From Tolypothrix carrinoi HA7290-LM1 (GTDB lineage Bacteria > Cyanobacteriota > Cyanobacteriia > Cyanobacteriales > Nostocaceae), in NCBI GenBank assembly GCA_019358935.1, contig JAHHIK010000006.1:71597-135596 (forward strand): DNA of 64,000 bases. Direction: 5' to 3'. A program made the position numbers and the translations under genes. Under the pieces are notes generated by a model. The model ran no database searches. It saw only the letters and a list, made by a program, of their open reading frames with translations, and was not told where the DNA came from. Below, in pieces: positions 19,277 to 28,423 of the stretch. Positions within the stretch are counted from its first letter, which is position 1; every line of letters starts with the position of its first letter.

Positions 19277-22200
19277 CTACCGTTGAGAGCAATTAGGAGG
19301 AGTAAAGCCGGAATTATTGGCATTAGGTGCAGACGATATAAGCGTTACTTCCCCTTTATCGTTGAATACCCAACCAGTAGCAGGTATAATTTCTACAGCT
19401 TTTGGTTTTGAGGGTGATGAGGCAACCGATGTTTTTGCGGGATGTTGCTGTGCTGTGATAGCGATCGCACGAGTATCTGACCACACTACATCACCACTAA
19501 GGAAATCGTCTGGACTAGAAGGTAAACCGCTACGTCCAGTCACAGTGAAGCTACTGCCATCCTTGTCAAAGGCTGCACAGCTAGAAGAAATAAGTCCTGG
19601 GGTATTTACCAAACCCGCAGGCAGTTTCAGTAAACCTTGGGTGGGGTCTACATAGGGAGTACTAATAATCACGTCACCGCTGAGTCCAAATTGAGAACTA
19701 GCAGTGATATCGCTTTGTGGTGTGGGTTGCGATCGCGCTGAAATCCCAAATAAGCCTTGTGAGGTGATATCAACTCTTCCACCCCTACCTGTGAAAGCGT
19801 TTGCCGTGATATCACTATCCTCTGTTGGAACAGCAATGATGAATGGAGCTTTGATTGTTATATTGCCACCATTGCCTCCAGCTTGTTGGACACCAGCGGT
19901 AGTAGAGATTTGACTGCCGTGACGCAGCAATAAAAAGTCTTCTAAAAACAGGTTAATGTCACCACCTTGGCTGCTGTCAGTTTGACCAGAAATTGAGGCT
20001 TGGTTGTCAAGAGTAAGAATACCTGCTTTTAGTGTGATATTACCTGCATCGCCTGTACCATCACTATTAACTGATATTCTTGCGCCATCTTTTATTATGG
20101 CTTGGCGGGGGTCAATGAAAATGCTACCACCATTACCTGTGGAACCAGGGGAAGTGCTAGCGAAGATTCCACTAGCAGCACCTTCACTTATGACGACATC
20201 TCCAAGCTGGTCAGTTTCACCTGGTTGACGCAGCCGTTGTTCAACTTGGGCGATGCGTTGAGTATAATTTGGATCGCTTCCTGCTACGGTGAGTCTGTCT
20301 CTGACATTGAGTTTGATAGTTCCAGCGTTACCACTACTGCGGGTGCTGGTAGTTACTTGCCCACCGTTAATGGCTTCAAAGGTGCGAGCATTAAGAGTAA
20401 TGTTGCCTCCATTATCAGGATTGGAGGTGAGAGCAGAGACGATTCCAGCATCTCGGACTGTAAATTTATCTGTAGAGATGATAATATTTCCTGCAGGTCC
20501 TGATGTACCGCGATCGCTTGTGGTAAATATTGCGCTAGAAAATCCGCGATCGCTTACTCCAGAAAGTGTTAGAGAATCAGAGGCATTGATACGGATATTT
20601 CCGGTACTTCCCCTACCACCAGCAATTAGCTGATTAGGCGATCGCAAGAGAACTGAATCAATTTCCGCACCATTTGTTAATGAGAGCGATCGCGTCAAAA
20701 TGTCAATATCGCCTGCCTTACCAACACCGCCAGGAAAAACAGCACCTGCAATATAACTATTGCTTAGTGAAATTGCGTTATCTACATTTAATGAGATATT
20801 ACCTGCATCGCCTTGCCCAAAAGTGCTGGAATTAATTTGAGCTTGATTAGCTAAAGAAAGCGACCCACTCGTTAGCTGAATATCTCCACCCTTGCCCACA
20901 CCGCTAGATTCTACTGTGCTGAAAACTCCGCTAGAGCGTCCATTACTGCCGATGCCGTTAAAAGTAATAGCATCGCGGGCGTTAATATCAATATCGCCTG
21001 CATTTCCTTGTCCAAACGTGGCAGCTGCAATTTGAGCGCCATTGTTTAAAGATAGCGACCCGCTTGTAACTCGGATATCACCTGCATTGCCAACACCGCC
21101 AGATTCTACATTGCTGTATGCACCACTAGAACTTCGATTAGTGCCGACACCATCAAACTTAACAGTATCGCGGGCATTGATGGTGATATCACCGCCATTA
21201 CCCTGTCCAGATGTGGTAGAAAGCAGTTGAGCGCCATTGCTTAGTGTAAATGATCCGGTTGTTATCTGGATGTCTCCCGCCTTGCCTGGGTTTCCTTGTA
21301 AAAGTGAGGTGAAAGCACCACCAGAACGGCTACTGTTATTGACACCTTCAAAGTTAACAGCATCACGCGCATCTATAGTAATATTACCTGCGTTCCTCGA
21401 TGAGAAGCTAGACAATTGACCACCATTAATCGATGAGAATGTTCCGGTTGTTATTGAGATATTTCCTCCATCTCCCCCATTCCCAGAAATAGTGCTGACA
21501 CCACTTTCCACTTCACTCCTGCTGATGCCATCAATGTCAACAGTATCGCGGGCATTAATGCTGATATTGCCTGCATTACCTTGCCCAAAGCCGCTAGCAG
21601 TAAGTTGACCACCATTTGTTAATGACAACGATCTAGCAGTCACTTCTATATTTCCACCATTGCCCACAGCATCAAATCCAACTGTGCTGGATGCTCTGCT
21701 ACCTGGGAACTCAATGTTGCCAACGCCATCAAAGGTAACGGTATCGCGAGCATTAATCGTGATATTACCACCATTTCCCCGCCCATCGGTGTTAGCAGCC
21801 AATGAAGCACGGTTAGTTACCGACAATGAGCCAGTTGTTACCCGGATGTCTCCCCCTTTACCTACACCTCCAGTTATCAAGGTGCTGAAAATACCAGTTG
21901 ATGAGTCGTTTCCTGCACCATCCAAGCTAACTTTATCGCGGGCTTCTACAGTGATATTACCCGCTTCCCCTTGCCCGGAAACGTTGGTAGTTAGTACAGC
22001 ACCGTTAGTTACTGATAGTGAGCCAGTTGTCACCCGGATATTTCCCCCCTTACCTATACCTGACACAGTGCTTCCGGCAAGGCTACCACTATCAAAGGTA
22101 ACTGTGTCGCGGGCATCAATTGTGATATTCCCAGCATCACCTTTACCTAAAGTGCTACTAGCTAAAAATGCACCGTTAGTTAAATTGAGCGAACCTGTTG

Positions 22201-24097
22201 CAATTCGGATATCTCCTGCCTTACCCACAGCATCACCGATGACTGCGGTGATTGCACGGCTAAAACTGCCACCATTTTTTTCTTGCCCATCAAAGCTAAC
22301 TGTATCGCGGGCATTGATAGTTATATTGCCTGCATTGCCTTGCCCTAAAGTTCTGCTGTTAAATTCGGAACCATTAGTTAATGAAACTGAGCCAGCATCG
22401 ATAGTAATATTGCCACCGTTACCCTCTCCAGCAGTACTTGCATTTATAGAAGTTCCCTCGCTTAAAGACAGCGAACCTGATTTGATATTAATGTTACCGC
22501 CATTGCCCTGTGCGCCATTCTCCAGGTCGGTAAAAATGGCAGTAGCAGATTGATTTGTAGAGACAGCAAGAGTTACTGCACCGCTGACATCAATGTTGAT
22601 ATTGCCGCCATTTCCCCGACCTCCCGGCAGGTTATTCTGAATATCAGTTCCACGCAACCCAGCTTGCAATTGAGAGCCATTTTGTAACGAGAGTGAAGGT
22701 GCGGTGATATTAATGTTGCCACCATTGCCTACTCCCCCAGATTCTATATTGCTGAAGATAGTGCTATTACTACCAGCAAGGGAAACAAAATCCCTAGCTT
22801 GTATCGAGATATTACCAGCATCCCCCTGTCCGTAAGTACTGGCATTTAGTTGAGAGCGATCGGCTAGGGAAACTGAGCCAGCAGTGATATTGATATTGCC
22901 ACCTTTACCTACGGCTTGCGATCGCACACTGCTTAAAATGGCACTGCTTCCGGTTTGACCCACACCTGATAAAGTTAGGGCATCACGGACATTAAGATTA
23001 ATGTTGCCACCATCTCCCTGTCCAAAGTTATTACTGTTAAGAAAACTGCCGTTAATTAGGGCAAGCGAACCTGTAGTAATGTTGATATTGCCACCTTTAC
23101 CCACTGATGTTGGTTGGGGAACATTGCCAATAAAGCTGTCATCAGTTAAAGTCGTTGACCCTGTAGCATTAATGTCAATATCTCCGGCTTTGCTTTCGGG
23201 TGTACCATTACCGGTGTCTATCCCGGCTCTTACTTTACTTGCTCCCGCCAAACTCAAGTTTTGAGCATTGATGGCAATACTACCAGCATCACTACCACGG
23301 ACATTTAACTCAGCGCCATTAGTTAAAGATACATTCGCTCTAGCCACATCAGGAACACCCAAGCTAAGTATATTCCCTGTGAAATTTAACCCAATATTCC
23401 CAGGTGCAGCTAATCCGGCTAACTCGATGCGACCGTTATAAGCTCTCAGGCTACCACCATCAATATTGACATCGCCACCCACCAATAGTAAACTCCTACC
23501 ATCTGGCACTCTCAAGCCTGTAACTTCAACACCTGCTAAATTCACCCCTGCGGGTGCGGTTGAGCTAGTTGTAATTGCTGCGGGTGAAGGTTGAAGAAAC
23601 AGCAATGCGGAAGGATTGATTGTCAATAATGGTGTGGGTGCATTTGGAGTAGTTGCGCTGAAAATCCCAGCAGTTCCAAATTGAATCGCGTTAGCTGTAG
23701 AACCAACAAAAGAACCGCCAGCATTTAAACTGGCATTATTGCCAAAAATAATTCCGTTGGGATTGAGTAGAAATACGTTAGCAGAGCCGTTGGCACGAAT
23801 CAACCCATCAATGTTGGAAATTGAATTACCCGTTACCCTGCTGATAATGTTACTAATGTCAAGAGCATTATTGAAAAAAGCGGTGCCACCAGTGGGAACG
23901 GAGAATTGTTGAAAACTGTGAAAAAGGTTACTTCCGGCTCGTGTTCCTCCGGTGATGTTCAGTATCTGCGCCTGCGGTGTAACAATAGAATTATTCGGTA
24001 AAGTGCTATCTGGGCTAATTTGCGCGATCGCACTATTTGCCCAAGAAATACTTCCAGCGATCGCTATCCCCAACAACCAGCCCCAACGGTTAATCAT
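19277..24097 (-). CDS. Filamentous haemagglutinin-like (TpsA-type) exoprotein
   Basis: Signal peptide, NLFHSFQQFS and LLNPNGIIFG haemagglutination-activity motifs, many GxAGNIxINARD repeats, cyanobacterial C-terminal FTVTGR/ATGWV motif. Confidence 0.9.
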   Translation of the reverse strand: MINRWGWLLGIAIAGSISWANSAIAQISPDSTLPNNSIVTPQAQILNITGGTRAGSNLFHSFQQFSVPTGGTAFFNNALDISNIISRVTGNSISNIDGLIRANGSANVFLLNPNGIIFGNNASLNAGGSFVGSTANAIQFGTAGIFSATTPNAPTPLLTINPSALLFLQPSPAAITTSSTAPAGVNLAGVEVTGLRVPDGRSLLLVGGDVNIDGGSLRAYNGRIELAGLAAPGNIGLNFTGNILSLGVPDVARANVSLTNGAELNVRGSDAGSIAINAQNLSLAGASKVRAGIDTGNGTPESKAGDIDINATGSTTLTDDSFIGNVPQPTSVGKGGNINITTGSLALINGSFLNSNNFGQGDGGNINLNVRDALTLSGVGQTGSSAILSSVRSQAVGKGGNINITAGSVSLADRSQLNASTYGQGDAGNISIQARDFVSLAGSNSTIFSNIESGGVGNGGNINITAPSLSLQNGSQLQAGLRGTDIQNNLPGGRGNGGNINIDVSGAVTLAVSTNQSATAIFTDLENGAQGNGGNINIKSGSLSLSEGTSINASTAGEGNGGNITIDAGSVSLTNGSEFNSRTLGQGNAGNITINARDTVSFDGQEKNGGSFSRAITAVIGDAVGKAGDIRIATGSLNLTNGAFLASSTLGKGDAGNITIDARDTVTFDSGSLAGSTVSGIGKGGNIRVTTGSLSVTNGAVLTTNVSGQGEAGNITVEARDKVSLDGAGNDSSTGIFSTLITGGVGKGGDIRVTTGSLSVTNRASLAANTDGRGNGGNITINARDTVTFDGVGNIEFPGSRASSTVGFDAVGNGGNIEVTARSLSLTNGGQLTASGFGQGNAGNISINARDTVDIDGISRSEVESGVSTISGNGGDGGNISITTGTFSSINGGQLSSFSSRNAGNITIDARDAVNFEGVNNSSRSGGAFTSLLQGNPGKAGDIQITTGSFTLSNGAQLLSTTSGQGNGGDITINARDTVKFDGVGTNRSSSGAYSNVESGGVGNAGDIRVTSGSLSLNNGAQIAAATFGQGNAGDIDINARDAITFNGIGSNGRSSGVFSTVESSGVGKGGDIQLTSGSLSLANQAQINSSTFGQGDAGNISLNVDNAISLSNSYIAGAVFPGGVGKAGDIDILTRSLSLTNGAEIDSVLLRSPNQLIAGGRGSTGNIRINASDSLTLSGVSDRGFSSAIFTTSDRGTSGPAGNIIISTDKFTVRDAGIVSALTSNPDNGGNITLNARTFEAINGGQVTTSTRSSGNAGTIKLNVRDRLTVAGSDPNYTQRIAQVEQRLRQPGETDQLGDVVISEGAASGIFASTSPGSTGNGGSIFIDPRQAIIKDGARISVNSDGTGDAGNITLKAGILTLDNQASISGQTDSSQGGDINLFLEDFLLLRHGSQISTTAGVQQAGGNGGNITIKAPFIIAVPTEDSDITANAFTGRGGRVDITSQGLFGISARSQPTPQSDITASSQFGLSGDVIISTPYVDPTQGLLKLPAGLVNTPGLISSSCAAFDKDGSSFTVTGRSGLPSSPDDFLSGDVVWSDTRAIAITAQQHPAKTSVASSPSKPKAVEIIPATGWVFNDKGEVTLISSAPNANNSGFTPPNCSQR

Positions 24098-24207
24098 TGC
24101 GTATATATACTAGTTTTCCGGCAGTAACCCAACAAAAGTTACCCGCACTACTAATAAATAAACCATATAACCAGAGATAATTCTAGTGGTCTGTTAAGAA
24201 TAAACCC

Positions 24208-25071
24208 CTAAATTTTGCGTTTAAAAATCACCATCTCAGTACCGACGACGGGGTTACGCGCTACTAATTCATCTTGAGAGTCGGTAATTTCCAAATGGCT
24301 GAAATCGAGTTCCTTCGAGCGTTGGAGAATATCGGCGGCGAGTTTGTCTTGTTCGGATTGTTTCAGGGTGTACCAATCGTCAGTAATTTTGACAGTGAGA
24401 TTGCTGGTGCTAAAGTTGGCTTGTATAGATTTTATTAAACCGGAGGCAAAGCGATCGCTAATTTCTCCTACTTGATTTTGAATCGCCGCAATCAATTGTT
24501 GTTCTGGTGTCAATTCTAATATTGGCGTCGGTGTCGGTGTTGGTTCTGGTTCCGGTGTCGGTTCTGGTGTCGGTTCGGGTTCTGGTGGAGGAATTTCGGC
24601 TGCTGGCGGGGTAATTTCGACTGGTGGCTGCGGTTCTGGTATGATTTCTGCTGGTGGCGTAGTTATAGTTGGGGATGGTGTTTCTTCCACCTGGGGAACA
24701 GTTGCGACTTCAGCAGGTTTATTAGTTAGCAGCGTCGAAGTTGTCCAAATCAAAATTACCGAAATTGCGGCAATAATTCCTGTCAAAGCTGTATCTGACA
24801 GCTTTGCTGACAAATTCTCTGGTAAGAAAGAGCGAATTTTTCCTAAAATTCCACCCCAGAAACCAGGGGTTTGTTTACTACCGGGTGCGGGTTCTGTCTC
24901 CAGTTTCTCCACCGCACCTTCTAAAGCACCAATTGTTCCGCGCAGAAGTTTGATGATTTGCGCTTTCCAAAATGGCTGCATTTGAGTTCGTCGCTGTCTG
25001 GGTGACGATTGACTCGGTGTCGGTTCTGGTTTGTTGCGTGGTGGTTGTGGATTCGGGTTGTCTTGTGACAT
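24208..25071 (-). CDS. Conserved cyanobacterial membrane protein with Pro/Glu-rich linker
   Basis: One hydrophobic segment, PEPTP repeats, globular C-terminus ending ARNPVVGTEMVIF. Confidence 0.7.
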   Translation of the reverse strand: MSQDNPNPQPPRNKPEPTPSQSSPRQRRTQMQPFWKAQIIKLLRGTIGALEGAVEKLETEPAPGSKQTPGFWGGILGKIRSFLPENLSAKLSDTALTGIIAAISVILIWTTSTLLTNKPAEVATVPQVEETPSPTITTPPAEIIPEPQPPVEITPPAAEIPPPEPEPTPEPTPEPEPTPTPTPILELTPEQQLIAAIQNQVGEISDRFASGLIKSIQANFSTSNLTVKITDDWYTLKQSEQDKLAADILQRSKELDFSHLEITDSQDELVARNPVVGTEMVIFKRKI

Positions 25072-25256
25072 GAAAGTTTCCTGACGTTACAGCGCGGTGC
25101 GGCTCAAACGGGATAAATTCTTAGAGGTAGCGCGTCTTCAGCCTTAATGTATCACCCTTTGGGGAGTGCCAGTTCGACGGAACTCCAAACCGTTCCCAAA
25201 AGACTGGACTCACGATTTGGAGTTCTGATATTGCTTCATTTTAAATTGAGTCAACT

Positions 25257-26138
25257 ATGAGCCTAAAACGCCGACAATTTTTATTATTCTCTAGCTTGAG
25301 TGCCTTGGCAGCAGTCGTCTATGCTGGCAAAAGCTTCAGTCGTCGGATTAACCCCAAGTTTGCGAAAAAAGACTTGCTATTACGTTTTGTTTCTGTAGCA
25401 GATACAGGAACTGGTGCGAGAGGACAGTATAATGTCGCTCAAGCGATGACGAGTTATCACAGCAAAAATCTTTACGATTTAATCGTTTTGGCTGGAGATA
25501 ACATCTATAACAATGGCGAAATTGAAAAAATAGAAGAAGTGTTTGAGCGTCCCTACGCAGCTTTGCTCAAACAAAACGTAAAATTTCAGGCTTGTTTAGG
25601 CAATCACGATATTCGCACGGCAAACGGCGAAAAGCAAGTTAAATATCCTGGCTTTAACATGAAAGGACGCTACTACACATTTAGTCGTGGACTTGTGCAA
25701 TTTTTCGCGTTAGATACCAACGACAATGCTGACTGGAAAAACCAGCTTTCTTGGTTAGAACAAGAATTAAGTCGCTCTCAAGCAACTTGGAAGGTAGTTT
25801 TTGGTCATCATCCAGTGTATGCGTCAGGTGTTTACGGGAATAATCCAGCTTTTATTCAAACCTTCACTCCCCTGTTTCAAAAATACAGCGTTCAGCTTTA
25901 TATCAACGGTCACGAACACCATTATGAACGCACTCGTGCGATTAATGGAACGACTTATATAATTTGTGGTGCAGGTGCGGGTAATCGTCCTGTAGGCAAA
26001 AATGAATGGACTGAATATTCTACCAGCAACTTGAGTTTTGCGGCATATGAAGTGTATGCAGATAGAATAGAAGTTAGCGCGATCGGCATTGATAACCGCG
26101 TTTTTGATCGAGGGGTTATTCCTCTCAAATCAACATAA
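25257..26138 (+). CDS. Metallophosphoesterase (purple acid phosphatase-like) with Tat signal
   Basis: KRRQFL twin-arginine; ADTG, GDNIY, LGNHD, GHHP, NGHEH metal motifs. Confidence 0.9.
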   Translation: MSLKRRQFLLFSSLSALAAVVYAGKSFSRRINPKFAKKDLLLRFVSVADTGTGARGQYNVAQAMTSYHSKNLYDLIVLAGDNIYNNGEIEKIEEVFERPYAALLKQNVKFQACLGNHDIRTANGEKQVKYPGFNMKGRYYTFSRGLVQFFALDTNDNADWKNQLSWLEQELSRSQATWKVVFGHHPVYASGVYGNNPAFIQTFTPLFQKYSVQLYINGHEHHYERTRAINGTTYIICGAGAGNRPVGKNEWTEYSTSNLSFAAYEVYADRIEVSAIGIDNRVFDRGVIPLKST

Positions 26139-26518
26139 TAATTTATCTCTCAAGAAAAATTAATCTCACAGAAACCGGGTTTGTTTGAGAATCGCAATCA
26201 TCAACCCGGTTTTTGCATTATTCAGATTATTTTTTTGAGCGCTTCAATATTTCATCTATTTAAATATATGTAAATATATTTTGTGTTAACTACAATTTTG
26301 TTGTATGTGTTTTCGCAAAATCGCGTCTAATTAATAGTCAGTGCGATTATTTGTAATCCTGAAAGCTTTGAATAACAAGCATTTGAGTAATTTGGAAAAT
26401 ATAAATCTCTGATTAGTGCATAATCTGAATTTGCGATGCCTATTAAGTATAAGAAGGGAAACAAAAAACTCAACCTTCTACATCAACGATTTCTTTACTA
26501 CCAAATAGAGTGTAAATT

Positions 26519-26773
26519 ATGGCTACCAACCAACCGAATGCTAACTATTGCGAATGCGAATTCACAATTCCCATCAAGTTGAATGTTCCCATTACCATCA
26601 GTCCCCAAGTTTACATAACTTCAGTACCTTCTATCAAGCAGAGATTACCTATTTTCCTTGAACCAGACTTGTTACTGTCACCAGAAGTTCGAGCAAATGC
26701 ACCTGTGTGTTATCCCCAAAATGACTGCGAACCCAAGCAGTTACCCGCTCAACAAACATTGCCTTCAGCGTAA
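26519..26773 (+). CDS. Small Cys-flanked repeat protein, copy 1 (84 aa)
   Basis: Paralog of the next two ORFs; CECEFTIPIKLNVPI...PVCYPQNDC. Confidence 0.85.
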   Translation: MATNQPNANYCECEFTIPIKLNVPITISPQVYITSVPSIKQRLPIFLEPDLLLSPEVRANAPVCYPQNDCEPKQLPAQQTLPSA

Positions 26774-26930
26774 TTTATGCATAAGTTCCTAGCGTTTTTA
26801 AACGCAGAGTGACGCAGAGTAAGCGCAAAGTAACGCAGAGTTTTCTGAATTTAATTCGTTACTTTATTTGTGCAATCTTGTACTTAGATAGTCAACTCAA
26901 ACAACTTGTAAATCAACAGGAGTCCAATTT

Positions 26931-27146
26931 ATGGCTACTTATCAACCGAATAATAACAACTGCGAATGTGAATTCACAGTTCCCATCAAACTGAATGTTC
27001 CGATTACCATCAATCCCCAAGTTTACGTAACTTCAGTACCTTCTGTTAAGCAGAGATTACCTATTTTCCTAGAACCAGATTTGTTACTTGAACCAGAAGT
27101 TCGGGCAAATTCACCTGTGTGTTACCCCCAAAATGGCTGCAATTAA
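26931..27146 (+). CDS. Small Cys-flanked repeat protein, copy 2 (71 aa, shortened tail)
   Basis: AGGAG RBS; paralog; core differences include many synonymous changes. Confidence 0.85.
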   Translation: MATYQPNNNNCECEFTVPIKLNVPITINPQVYVTSVPSVKQRLPIFLEPDLLLEPEVRANSPVCYPQNGCN

Positions 27147-27231
27147 CAACACTTACAATCAAAGAAATCTTGCCATCAGCAAGCGAAAATAGTCAACTCA
27201 AACAACTTGTAAATGAACAGGAATGCAACTT

Positions 27232-27498
27232 ATGGCTACCAACCAACCCAATTCCGCTAACTATTGCGAATGCGAATTCACAATTCCCATCAAATTGAAT
27301 GTTCCCATCACTATTAGTCCACAAGTTTATGTAACTCCAGTGGCTTCTATTAAGCAGAGATTACCTATTTTCCTAGAACCAGATTTGTTACTGTCACCAG
27401 AAGTTCGGGCAAAGGCACCCGTATGTTATCCTCAAAATGAATGTGAACCAAAACAGTTAGCTGCACAAGATGTACTACAATCAGCAGAGATGAGTTAG
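27232..27498 (+). CDS. Small Cys-flanked repeat protein, copy 3 (88 aa)
   Basis: MATNQPN start matches copy 1; about 45-bp upstream region duplicated with copy 2. Confidence 0.85.
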   Translation: MATNQPNSANYCECEFTIPIKLNVPITISPQVYVTPVASIKQRLPIFLEPDLLLSPEVRAKAPVCYPQNECEPKQLAAQDVLQSAEMS

Positions 27499-27536
27499 TC
27501 ATTTGATTGCTAATTGTTTGTTATGGGAAACATTAT

Positions 27537-27559
27537 CACCACCCTTTTTCAGGGTGGTG
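27537..27559 (+). terminator. Stem-loop after the three small genes
   Basis: caccaccct-ttttc-agggtggtg, perfect 9-bp stem. Confidence 0.6.
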
Positions 27560-27631
27560 TACCTCGTTTTGGATAGCTTTTTTGTTGATTGTACAAATTC
27601 AAATATAAAACTCTAGAATTTGTTAAAACTT

Positions 27632-28144
27632 ATGTCTGCTTTAAATGAACCTAACTCACGTTTAGAAGGTAACAAGCTTCATATCTCTTTAATGTTAAAA
27701 GTGCCTATTGACATTGAAGTAGAATTAGGAATCTCACCCAAAAATTACCAAAAAAAGCAAGATTTAGTTAGCCAGACAGAAGATTTTAAGTCTGCGGTGG
27801 TAATGAGTAAGCTGAATCAAGTTGAGTTTGAAGAACAAATTCGGGTTTTATCTAATCAAATAGTGACTCAACTTTTTCAAGAAGGTGAAGTATTTTCTAC
27901 CCTTCCAGAAACTCAAATTCTGGAGAATTTACCAGAGCAAATCAGTACATCTATACCAGATTCTTCGACTGGAGATATCTTATTATCAGAAAAAGATAAT
28001 GTATATATCGAAGAAGTTACGCAAATACCAGAAAGACAAAAGAGACGCTTTGTTGACTCGTTAAATGATGGTTTAACTTTAGCTGTTAACGCAGTCGGTA
28101 CAGCTTTGTTTTTGGGTAAACTTGCTAACTATAGCTGGGAGTAA
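27632..28144 (+). CDS. Hypothetical protein; N-terminus resembles the small repeat proteins, acidic linker, hydrophobic C-terminus
   Basis: MSALNEPNS...LHISLMLKVPIDIEV versus MATNQPNS...FTIPIKLNVPITISP; C-terminal GLTLAVNAVGTALFLGKLA. Confidence 0.65.
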   Translation: MSALNEPNSRLEGNKLHISLMLKVPIDIEVELGISPKNYQKKQDLVSQTEDFKSAVVMSKLNQVEFEEQIRVLSNQIVTQLFQEGEVFSTLPETQILENLPEQISTSIPDSSTGDILLSEKDNVYIEEVTQIPERQKRRFVDSLNDGLTLAVNAVGTALFLGKLANYSWE

Positions 28145-28362
28145 TGCAACGTCTAACCCCAGAACTGCTTCGCAACAAGATATGTAACGCCTTCCATCTT
28201 AACCCAGAAATGATCAATTTATCTCAGGAAGAGGCGAAGGCACTGCAAAATTATCTCTATGCTAATTACCTCATCATCCAGTGCAAAGAAGCAGCAGTGA
28301 AGGTGTCATCCAAAACCTGGTCAGCAATTGAGGAGCGCATGTTATTAGTTTGGAATGATTGA
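28144..28362 (+). CDS. Hypothetical protein (72 aa), translationally coupled
   Basis: TAATG stop/start overlap with the upstream gene. Confidence 0.6.
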   Translation: MQRLTPELLRNKICNAFHLNPEMINLSQEEAKALQNYLYANYLIIQCKEAAVKVSSKTWSAIEERMLLVWND

Positions 28363-28423
28363 AATCTTGAACCTTTCACCCAGTGTACCGGAAAAGAAAG
28401 TTCCTAAACCGAATCCGGAATTT

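Noticed and set aside
19317..23264. Plus-strand ORFs (up to 297 aa) opposite the haemagglutinin gene
   Set aside because: Antisense shadows of a repetitive Gly/Asn/Thr-rich coding strand
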